Source: Neophaeotheca triangularis
Lineage: Eukaryota
Assembly: GCA_054600435.1 (NCBI GenBank)
Contig: BAAIJX010000021.1
Location: 1-64,000 of the forward strand
Reading direction: 5' to 3'
Length of the DNA: 64,000 nucleotides
In this document: positions 23,343-33,030 of the stretch, piece by piece
Layout: each line of letters opens with the position of its first letter
Position numbering within the stretch: position 1 is the stretch's first letter
Notes under the pieces: model-generated
The model's input: the letters and a program-made list of their open reading frames with translations, nothing else
What the model was told of the DNA's origin: nothing
The model's database searches: none
Position numbers and translations under genes: made by a program

Positions 23343-25454
23343 ATGACATTCCCTTACCTCACGATTCTGCTCGTGGCGGCTCTCTGCGCCTCTCACACCG
23401 TGGCCACTCTGACAGATATCGAATCGATCGTTGGAAGCGGTTGCGGCTTTGCGGAACCCTTGTGGTCCTTATACGAACACGAAGTCGCCAGGATCTCGAG
23501 CCTCCTGACGGTTTCAGGATTCGTGACGGCATGGACGACGCTCGCTGGCGCTTCCTTGCTCCTTGCTAGCTTCCGGCGCCTACCTTCTATAGGCGAGCCG
23601 CCGGTCTGGGCTCTCTTTGTTGGCATGATAGCCTCTAGCGTAAGTGGTGTTCAACTTGCCTGGGATGGCTCGTCGAAGAAGCGTTTACTGACATTGATTC
23701 AGATTCTCGTGATCTCTTCCGGCTGCCCACTCTGGGTTGACCTCAGATTCTACTTCGATTGTCTGGGTGTGCAGGTCAACATTTTTCCGACAATGCCGTC
23801 GCTTCTTCCCTCCGTGGTCCTACTTTTCACGGCCCATGGCCTCCAAAATCGCTACGCCTCTGGCAAATGCACGCCTATGAGCAAAGCTCAAGTCCCAGGC
23901 AAGACAAGATCGAAAAGGACTCCTATAGGCACCTCGACCCCTCCAATCCCGCCGCCTCGTCGGGCTCCCAATACCGCCCGAGGCAATAGCCCAACGCGCC
24001 CTAGCCCGCCAGTCCAGAGCTCTCCGGCAAGACCAGAGACACCCCAAGGCAACAAGACGCCGCCCCTGCCAGTTTCCAAAAAAGCCCAAGGTGCCGTCCC
24101 AACCTTTCAACGCCGACCAACCCCATCCCACCGCCCCGCCGAGGAGCCCAAGCGTTCAGCGAAACCAGAGCCGCAAAGGGTGTGCTGCGACATCGACACG
24201 GACATAATCCTCACCAACGACTTTGGCGAAGACTTCTCGGCAAGAATAATCTACGGCACGCTCTTCAAGGAGGCCTACGCCAAAGCCGAACAAGCCGACC
24301 GCGAGAGCGTAAGCCTCGACGAGCTCGAACGACGGGCGCAAGACAGCCGCCGGAGAGAGCTCGAAGCCCGTGAGAGGACGGAATTGCAAGCAGTAGACGA
24401 GCTTCGGAGCCAGCTCAAGGCAGGCGCCAGTCTAGTCCCGTTGATCAAAGATTTCCTCCAGCATCCCGAAGTCAACCGTTACGAGCGAGAGATCAAATTC
24501 ATGTCCGTCCGTGACCTTTACAAGCGGTTTATCGATTTGAAAGCGCTGAAGTTGCGGGAGTGGGTTTCGGGCTCAGCGCTCCGGGCGCTCGACGAGCTCG
24601 TGGCCGAGGTGGACAAGTATGCTTTCAGGGTCGTGGACTTGAAGAGGGGCATGGATGCTCTGGATCCTGAGGAGCTGGTTGTTCCTCAAAGAAGCGCCCG
24701 GGAGCTGGACACAATTGCACTGCAAGAAGCGTGTGAGCCTGCATTGCCCACTGCCACTGGTAATGATACATCGCCGGCGCATTCACCTACATCACCGCTT
24801 TATTCACCTACATCGCCGCTCTATTCACCTACAACGCCGCTATATTCACCTCCACCGCCTCAATCCGCTGCTGCATCGCTGGAAAAGCCGCCCTCTTCTC
24901 CTGAAGTCACTGCCGCACCACCGCAACAGCCGACTGCGAATCCGGATTCTGCGCCCCTTGAGTCTTCGGCGACCACAGAAACCGCCGAGCAAGGAACGAA
25001 AGATACAGAGCTGGAGAAAGAAAGACGCAAATCACAAGCCAACGCCGATGAGATTTTTGGAAAAGCGAAGCGAGATCCCGAGGCCGCTGCAACATCACCG
25101 CAACTTCCACTCGTGGAGCCGCGGCCTGCGACCGCTGTGGCCCCTGAGCCGGAGCCGGAGCCGAAGACGGAGACGGAGACGGCCGAGCAGGGATCGAAAA
25201 CAACAGACCTTGAGGAAGGCAGACGCAAAGCGCAAGAGGTCGCGGATGAGATGTTCAGCAATCGAGTACGAGGCCCCTCGGTCGCTGACGCAGGGAAGGA
25301 AGATGAGGATGAGAGTGAGGATGAGGAGGATTGGGAAGACGAGGAGAACGACGACGAAGAGAACGATGATGAGGAGAGTGAGGAGAGTGAGGAGGAGGAT
25401 GGGTATGATAATGGCAGCAAGTATTGGTCTACCAGAAAAGGGAACAGGAAGTGA
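23343..25454 (+). CDS. Hypothetical protein: signal/TM N-terminus, Pro-rich linker, coiled-coil, YSPTSP-like heptads, acidic tail
   Basis: Open frame of about 703 aa from ATG 23343 with several hydrophobic segments in the first ~170 aa. No family recognised. Confidence 0.65.
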   Translation: MTFPYLTILLVAALCASHTVATLTDIESIVGSGCGFAEPLWSLYEHEVARISSLLTVSGFVTAWTTLAGASLLLASFRRLPSIGEPPVWALFVGMIASSVSGVQLAWDGSSKKRLLTLIQILVISSGCPLWVDLRFYFDCLGVQVNIFPTMPSLLPSVVLLFTAHGLQNRYASGKCTPMSKAQVPGKTRSKRTPIGTSTPPIPPPRRAPNTARGNSPTRPSPPVQSSPARPETPQGNKTPPLPVSKKAQGAVPTFQRRPTPSHRPAEEPKRSAKPEPQRVCCDIDTDIILTNDFGEDFSARIIYGTLFKEAYAKAEQADRESVSLDELERRAQDSRRRELEARERTELQAVDELRSQLKAGASLVPLIKDFLQHPEVNRYEREIKFMSVRDLYKRFIDLKALKLREWVSGSALRALDELVAEVDKYAFRVVDLKRGMDALDPEELVVPQRSARELDTIALQEACEPALPTATGNDTSPAHSPTSPLYSPTSPLYSPTTPLYSPPPPQSAAASLEKPPSSPEVTAAPPQQPTANPDSAPLESSATTETAEQGTKDTELEKERRKSQANADEIFGKAKRDPEAAATSPQLPLVEPRPATAVAPEPEPEPKTETETAEQGSKTTDLEEGRRKAQEVADEMFSNRVRGPSVADAGKEDEDESEDEEDWEDEENDDEENDDEESEESEEEDGYDNGSKYWSTRKGNRK

Positions 25455-25753
25455 TGCAAGGGCTGGATAGAGGTCTCGGGCCACGCTGAGAGTGCAGAAG
25501 CTATACCTCAAGATGAGATTCGCCCGCGAGTGTTTGAAGATGCCGTTGATCCCGAAGCTGCAACACCCTTCTGTTTTCACACCCGTCGCTCAAAGTCAAT
25601 CGTACGCTCTTTCCTACGCATGTTTAGATGGAAACAGTGGCATGAGGAATACGGCAATAGCAAGGTAACAAGAGATACTCAGCTCAGAAAAATCAAACAT
25701 CATACCTTCGTTCTTAATTCATAACGCGTGCATCTAGTCGTGCATCAATTCCT

Positions 25754-27769
25754 TCAAGGCTGCTTCTCTTCGCCCTCCTCGTCTTCCAACCAAATCTCCC
25801 TTCCATCCCCTTCCCTGACCCACCAAGCACTCGCAGCGCCACCAGCAGCCACAACAGCCAGACCCCACCATGCCGCGCCCACAGCACCCTTACGCAGACC
25901 CACTCCATAACCCCAACCCGCTAGCACGGGCCCCACGGTCCTCGCACCACTACTCACGCTCTGCGCCAAGCCGTGCACAGTTCCCAACACACTCGGATGG
26001 GGGCTAGCGTTGTTGACCAAGATAGCCGTGGCAGGAAGGGCAAACGTCCGCGCCATGACCTGCACGAACAATACGACAGCTATGCCACTCCAGATCCAGA
26101 GACCGGAGACCTGGGCAGGGGGTGGATCCATCGAGGGCAGAAGCGAGAGAAAGGGCGTCAAGATGTAGGCTATGGGGAAGAGGAGGAGGGAGAAGCGGTA
26201 GGAGCGCAGAGTGCCGAGTTTGAAACTTAGGGGTGGGTAGAGGAGGAGTTGGAGGGAGAGACCGAGGATGCCCATAATGGCTAGAGCGGTGCCAATGGAA
26301 GGGGGCGGGAGGGCGAGGCCGCCTGTGAAGGTTAGGGGTGGGTTGGGGTGGTAGTTTGGTGGGAGGCTGAGGGTGGAGTTGGAGGGTTGGTCGTCGGATG
26401 GAGATGGGTCGTAGCGAGGCGTGCTGAGGAAGACGAACCAGAGGCTGTTGAAAGTGCCGACGTGGGTGGCTAGTAAGCCGTGGGCTAGGAGGGTACAGCA
26501 GACGTTTGTCGTCCAGATCCGACGGAAGGGCAACTTTTTCCTGATGGGTTTCGGCTGTTCGCTCGTGGTGCTGGGTCTCATTTCGATGTCGTCGTTCTCA
26601 TCCGTAGACTCATCAGCAGCCAATGAAAAATAGCCCTGCTGCCTTTGTTGCCTGAATAGAGTCCTGACAAGCCACTGTCCAATTTTGAGCCCCCAATCGG
26701 GTTTTCCTCTCAGCCCTTCCAGCGTCTCTCTCAATCCAAAAACCACCCCAAACGCACTGGTGAGCAGGAAAGAAGCCATAATCACATTTGGCAGCGCATA
26801 AGGCCAGATCCTCAGCCACTCCCATCCCAACAATTTGCCCTCTCCAAAGATTGCTGGATACGACCCTGCCGGGTCCGCCAGCAACCCCCCCAAAATAGGG
26901 CCAATCACAACGCCAATATTGAACGTCATTGGCATAAGCAAAAAAGCCCTGCTCAACCACTTTTTCTCCCTGACAATCTCGCTGATCATCGTCCTCATGA
27001 CACCAATATTGCCGTTCAATGCCCCACCCACTGCTCGCCATAACACGGCTACTGGAAATGATCTACTGAAGCCAAACCCCAGGCTCCCCACGGCAGTACC
27101 CAACAGACCGACAAGGATGACTCGTTTGCGGCCCATGTATTCCGAGTCGGCAACGCGGCCCCAGAGAAGCGCAGTCAGGAATTGGGCGCCTGTGAAAGCG
27201 GCCGCGAGGACTCCCGCCTGCGTTGCGACGGTTGAATCGGAGGGCGGATCGCCGCTGGCTGTGGGAAAGGTCTTGAGTTGGTAGAACATGTAGGCTTGGA
27301 GAGAGGTTTGGGTCAAAGGTTCGGAGAGGCGGGCTAGAGTTAGAATGGCTAGTTGGGATTTGTGAGGGAGTGCGCGCCAAGATACAGGTTCTTCCTTGAC
27401 CTCGGTTTCTGTTGCGACCGACGGTGGAGATGGTGGTCGTGACGGGGCATCGGGGTTGGTGGTGTTGGCGGCTCGAGGGTCGTGTAAGGCGGAGTCGTCC
27501 TTGCTGAGGAGGCGTTCTCCTTCTCCTGCATCTTGGTGCTCATCGTCGGAGGAATCGTGATGATCGTCGGCTATCACGCCGACGCCTTTGTTCTTCTTCA
27601 CCCCATGCCGGTCACTGCGCTCTCCTCCATCGAACGGATGAAGCTGGACATGATGGTCGGCCTCGTTGTCGATGCGTGGGTTAGGAAGCAATATGTTTGC
27701 AGCGCTGGCGCCTGTTAGACCATGGCCAACATGGCTCGACTGCGGCCTGTCATGATCATTAAAGGTCAT
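25754..27769 (-). CDS. Major facilitator superfamily transporter (YCR023C/ZIF-like)
   Basis: LARLSEPLTQTSLQAYMFYQL, MFS motif A LWGRVADSEYMGRKRV, GALNGNIGVMRTMISE, GPILGGLLADP, LGTVHGLAQSVSSGARTVGP; about 12 TM segments. Confidence 0.9.
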   Translation of the reverse strand: MTFNDHDRPQSSHVGHGLTGASAANILLPNPRIDNEADHHVQLHPFDGGERSDRHGVKKNKGVGVIADDHHDSSDDEHQDAGEGERLLSKDDSALHDPRAANTTNPDAPSRPPSPPSVATETEVKEEPVSWRALPHKSQLAILTLARLSEPLTQTSLQAYMFYQLKTFPTASGDPPSDSTVATQAGVLAAAFTGAQFLTALLWGRVADSEYMGRKRVILVGLLGTAVGSLGFGFSRSFPVAVLWRAVGGALNGNIGVMRTMISEIVREKKWLSRAFLLMPMTFNIGVVIGPILGGLLADPAGSYPAIFGEGKLLGWEWLRIWPYALPNVIMASFLLTSAFGVVFGLRETLEGLRGKPDWGLKIGQWLVRTLFRQQRQQGYFSLAADESTDENDDIEMRPSTTSEQPKPIRKKLPFRRIWTTNVCCTLLAHGLLATHVGTFNSLWFVFLSTPRYDPSPSDDQPSNSTLSLPPNYHPNPPLTFTGGLALPPPSIGTALAIMGILGLSLQLLLYPPLSFKLGTLRSYRFSLLLFPIAYILTPFLSLLPSMDPPPAQVSGLWIWSGIAVVLFVQVMARTFALPATAILVNNASPHPSVLGTVHGLAQSVSSGARTVGPVLAGWGYGVGLRKGAVGAAWWGLAVVAAGGAASAWWVREGDGREIWLEDEEGEEKQP

Positions 27770-28279
27770 CCAGAAATAAAATGCCTAGGATTGGGTAGGG
27801 AAGTGAAACAAAAAGATTCAAACTCGGACATGCGGGGATTGATGTTGGATGACAAGGTAGATATAGAGTGATATCTGTCGGCGATGTCGGCGATTGATGG
27901 ACGGGACGATAAGATAAGTGGAAGCATGTCTTGTCCAAGGTTGTCCTGTGCGCTGAAAGTCACAACTGCCCGAACTGCTCGAAGTACCTACTTGTAGTCA
28001 CTCAAAGACGTGAACGAAATTCATCATCATTGCTTGATACCGAAGGGTTTGCTCTACTGTACACCTCCTTATCCCTCCGGAGCGTAATTGAAAGCAAGCA
28101 CTACCCTCAAAAACGCCTTGCTTCCTTTTTAATAAAACCAGCCAGAGGCATGCTCTGTTTGAGTGGCTGAGGTGATTGCAATCAAAGCCACGGCTCATGC
28201 TTGAGAGCGTAAAGATGCCATGTTTCTTAGCCTCACTCGCCTTCCATTTTCGTGCCAGGTGTGAAGACGCTATCGCACA

Positions 28280-29173
28280 CTATATGTCAGTCTCGTCGTT
28301 GGATATCGACTCAAACTTGCTGAAGGAAACGTTCAGCACACCATGGTCATTGGAGTGAAGAATAGAAAGTTGAACTTACAGATGCTGCTCGTAATAGTCC
28401 AGCAGCTTCTGCGGACACTTGGTGCGCAAAGTCTTGAGTGGATGCTGAGAGCGCTTACCGTTGTTCCACTCGAGAAGGCCCGTCAGATCTGTTGTGCTCT
28501 GCTTACCGGCACGACCTTTGGGCCTTTGTTCGATTGGGTACTCCTCTTGGAGAATCGAGCTCACGCGCAACACATCAGATTCCCAACTACCTTCGGGGAG
28601 CTTGACAGATTCCCGCTCCGGCTCCGGCTTGCCATTGGCAACGGACTTGCCCTCCTTGCTCGGTGCTGGAGACTCATTGTCGAAGGCGGCCGAGGCGGAT
28701 CGCTTGCCCTTTTTTCCTTTCTTCGCGGAAGCCTTTGGCTTGGTGGGAGGGGGGACTTCTCCAATCTTGTCGTGGTAGGCTTGAAGCACTTCCTGCGCAT
28801 CTTCACTGGGCTCGTCGTCAGTAAAGCTAAATCTGAAGCCCGCGCACGATTGCCCACTTACAGATTCTCCAGCGGCTCCCACGTGAGATCGTCCTTGGCT
28901 TCATATCCCTTCCACTTGACTTGATAGCGCAGCTCTCCGGTGTCCAAGTAGTCATGGGCTAGCAGCTTCTCAACGACATACTCGTCGGCTTCCTCTTCCT
29001 CACTTCCCTCATCATCGTCTTCTACCGTGTCTTCCTTCTTCGCTTTCTTCTGGGGACGCGCGGGAACCTGATCGTCGGCGCCGCTCATGGAATCGTCATC
29101 GCTCACGGGTGCTGGTGATTTGTTCTGTCAAGTGAGTGAATGAATTGGACGTGCAGGGCAACTTACGAGGCAT
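28280..29173 (-). CDS. swi6: Heterochromatin protein 1 (chromodomain plus chromoshadow domain); exons 29173-29167, 29111-28862, 28805-28380, 28319-28280
   Basis: Spliced start MPPPVSDDD. Chromodomain EYVVEKLLAH..YQVKWKGYE..DLTWEPLENL, basic hinge, chromoshadow PEGSWESDV..LLEWNNG..KCPQKLLDYYEQHLKF. Confidence 0.9.
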
Positions 29174-29763
29174 GGTTGGCTGGGAGCGCGTAGAAGTGGC
29201 CTTGGCGGCGCTGGTGAAGGTATCAGTAGTAGTGCTTTGATCGGCGCGCAAACACCTGGCGCGGGAACGTTATCTCGGCGGAAGACGGTGTTGGTGCCAG
29301 CAATAGCTCCTGAAACAGTGGTGAAGTAAGAAGAAGGGCAAGCAGAAGATGCGCAAGGCAATTAGAGGGTTGGTAGTTGAGAAGAATGTGGGAATGGGAG
29401 TGGGACTGAGAATGGGAATGGGAACTGTCGCATCTGCGGCGGACACGGCGGAGTAGTCGAAGGGAAGCGCGTTTCATTATGGTCCGTGCACTCTTCGCGT
29501 TCCCTTCAAGCTTGACGTTCCCCAAAAAGTGCCGCCTCCAGCCAAGAAGTGAAGGAAACGGACGAAGAACATATCTCGACAACCTCCCCAACGCCTCCAA
29601 ATTCGCCCTCGTCAACTCACGTCGGAGCATTGTCGTTGTTGAGACCCGTGGTATCCAGAAAGAGTCAAACTAGGTTGTGGTGAAGAGAAGAGAACAAGTC
29701 CAAGAGAAGAGAAGGTGAACTTCAGTCTGGCAAGGTTGCTCGCAAGAGCAGTAAGCGACCAAG

Positions 29764-31629
29764 ATGGCTGGCCAAATGGGTAAGTGAAGACATGTGTCAA
29801 ACCCGAGGTCGAAGAGCAGTCCACTAACGTGTTGCGCAGACTTGGACATGAGCAATGGTAGGACAGACTTCGTTCACCCAAGCAGGCCTTTAGGCTTCAA
29901 AGCCGGCGCAACTCACTAACATTCTGCTACAGCTCAAGTCACGCGTGACGAGAACGGGAGGCCTTTCATAATTGTCCGGGATCAAGGCAAGAAGACAAGA
30001 GTTCACGGCACAGAAGCTGTCAAAAACCATATCCTCGCCGCCCGCACAGTCGCCAACATCGTCAAGACTTCTCTAGGCCCTCGCGGTCTGGACAAGATTC
30101 TCATTTCCCCCGACGGCGACATCACCGTCACCAACGATGGTGCCACTATTCTCTCCCAGATGGAAATCACAAACCACATTGCCCAACTCCTCGTCAGCCT
30201 ATCGCAATCGCAAGACTCGGAAATCGGTGATGGTACAACAGGTGTTGTAGTGCTTGCCGGCGCACTGTTAGAGCAGGCTGCAGACCTCATAGACAAGGGC
30301 ATCCATCCTATCCGCATTGCTGATGGGTACGATGCCGCATGTGAAGCCGCGGTAAAGGAACTCGACAATGTCTCCGATACCATTCCCTTTTCGCGAAAAG
30401 ACACTTCCAACCTTCTCAAAGTCGCCAAGACATCCCTGGGAAGCAAGATTGTCTCCAAAGCACACGACCAATTCGCACAGATCGCAGTGGATGCCGTGCT
30501 GTCAGTCGCCGATCTCGAGCGCAAGGATGTGGACTTTGAATTGATCAAGGTGGATGGCAAGGTCGGTGGCTCGTTGGAGGAGACCATGCTCGTCAACGGT
30601 GTGATTGTGGACAAGGACTTTTCCCACCCGCAAATGCCGTCGGAAGTTAAAGACGCCAAGCTCGCCATTCTCACATGTGCCTTTGAGCCGCCCAAGCCCA
30701 AGACCAAGCACAAGCTGGACATCACCACTGTGTCCGAGTACAAAGAATTGCAAAAGTACGAGCAGAACAAGTTCACAGAGATGATACAGCAGATCAAGGA
30801 CACAGGTGCCAACGTGGTCATCTGCCAGTGGGGTTTCGACGACGAAGCGAACCATCTCCTCCTCACCAACAATCTCCCAGCCGTGCGATGGGTAGGCGGC
30901 CCAGAGATCGAACTCATCGCCATCGCCACCAACGGCCGCATCGTACCGCGATTCGAAGACCTCTCGGCGCAAAAGCTAGGCAAGGCCGGCGTCGTCCGTG
31001 AGCTCTCCTTTGGCACAACGCGCGAGAAGATGCTTGTTATCGAGGACTGCGCCAACTCGCGCGCCGTGACCGTCTTTGTGCGCGGCAGCAACAAGATGAT
31101 TATCGACGAGGCCAAGCGTAGTCTCCACGACGCCCTGTGTGTGACGCGCAACTTGGTCCGTGACAATCGTATCGTCTACGGTGGTGGTGCCGCAGAGATT
31201 GCGTGCAGTCTTGCTGTTGAGAAGGCTGCCAACGAGACTAGCAAGCTGGACCAGTACCCAATGCGCGCCTTCGCGGACGCTTTGGATTGCGTGCCTATGG
31301 CGCTGGCGGAGAACAGCGGTCTCAGCCCCATCGAGACTGTCAGCGAGCTTAAGGCGAGACAAGCCAAGGGCGAGGGCAAGGGCAGGTTGGGCGTCGACTG
31401 CATGCAGACCGGTTCGAATGGTAAGCGAAGAGAACCCCTCCTTAACACTTTGAGAAGACAGTGCAGACAAACTAACAACCAACTTCCTCATACAGACATG
31501 AAAGACCACTTCGTCATCGACCCGCTCATCTCGAAACGCCAGCAACTTCTCCTCGCCACCCAGCTCTGCCGCATGGTTCTCAAGATCAACAGCGTCATCG
31601 TTGCCGGCAGCGAAGAGAACGACTTCTAA
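29764..31629 (+). CDS. CCT5: T-complex protein 1 subunit epsilon (CCT5); two short 5' introns and one 3' intron at 31421-31495
   Basis: Spliced N-terminus [67 protein letters not shown] motif (here [15 protein letters not shown]), [24 protein letters not shown]. Confidence 0.95.
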
Positions 31630-33030
31630 AAGTAAGGGCTGTTAGTTGGATGGCATTGCAAGGCGCTTGCTTGTTAGCTAGTGAGATCGACGGTCATGAT
31701 AGAACTTGTTGTGCGGCTGCTTGCGCTGCACTGGCTTAGCGATATGAAAAAGCAAATGGACTCTTGGTAGCAATTATGTATCATACGCTACACCGTGCCT
31801 GCCGCTCTATCTCGACCTTCCCCATGCTACCTGGGCACCCGCTTTCACTTCGTCCTTGCGCGATCGGCTTCTTCACCTGGTCGCGGCGTGGAAATCTTTA
31901 GTTCCCTTGTAGGTATCTGGAGAAATGTCTCGATGTGATACCCGCATAATGGCTTTGCCCGTGCCCCGGCATGCATCACCACATTCGGCTCCCTCGACAA
32001 ACAACCAAGGCGGGCTTCGAATACTCTGGTGAAGTCTTTTGACACGTGGAGAGTTCCCGGTGCCACGGATAGCAAGACTTCCAAAGACAAGACTTAGCAA
32101 GGACGACTCAAGTCACCGAGCTCCCGGTCTTGCGCGTGCAAGGTCAACGTTAAAAAACCACAGTGCTTGGGTCGAAACCCGTCCGGTCCATATGAACAAC
32201 GGATTCTACGGCCGATGCAAGGCTTCTCAAGAGGGCGAGGTTCCGGATAAAAAGGAGACGGTAGGGAGGTCCTTTCCAGACTGAGACTCTTGGAAATCGC
32301 ACGCGTGACGAGCTGGTAGGCTTGCAGACGGCATCTGTGGTGCAGTCGTGGGCTCTTTCGCACCAGCCGCGTGATTGCTTGGGAGGACGGGGCGTGATGG
32401 AGCGGCTCGGATGAGAAGAAATGGGACTGCTTGACATGGGTACTTAAGCTTCTCGAAGTAGGTAAGCTCAGACTCGCGTCGAGTCGAAGGTATTAGCCGG
32501 TTCGATTGTGTATTTGTTTTGAAGAAAAAGACCCAGCTCGTAGGCGTTCAGGTCGGCCGCAGATCTGAAGTTGACTGGAGTGTTGGTTTAGTTATAAAGG
32601 AGAGTTACAAGGGTTGGTTGCCGGTGGAGGGTCCCATTCTTGTGGCGTATTGTGCTGCATACCACGCAACACTAGAAGCCGCGAGGGGCTGATAGTCGTA
32701 TGGTATAGGCGACGAGGCAGGTGATAAGAAGGCGAATCTTCTGCGCAAGGTAGAGGATGGATGAAGGGGGTGCGTTCATATTGTATCGAAAGGGCGCAAG
32801 TGCTTCCTGCGAACCCCTTCCATCATCTCCTTCGTTCCTCTATCGGAAAGACTCGAGTCGTCTTTGTTTGATACTGCCGGTAACAGCACCCTCTGACTAC
32901 AGTCTTCATGGCTAGGCAATTGCGGTGCCAATGATTGGAATCAGGGGCCATAAACTGCATCTCTCACTGCGTATCTCGCCTTGGTAACCGACTGCGTCCA
33001 GCCTGGCTTCCTATCGTCAAGTCATTGACC

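Noticed and set aside
25754..27769. MFS transporter as exporter for the putative RiPP
   Set aside because: It is 10 kb away, separated by unrelated genes, and belongs to a widely conserved subfamily.
30003..31166. 387-aa antisense ORF over CCT5
   Set aside because: Typical antisense shadow of a conserved, codon-biased chaperonin gene.
32150..32437. 95-aa minus-strand ORF with an upstream TATA-like sequence
   Set aside because: Could be a small orphan gene, but no family signal or other support.
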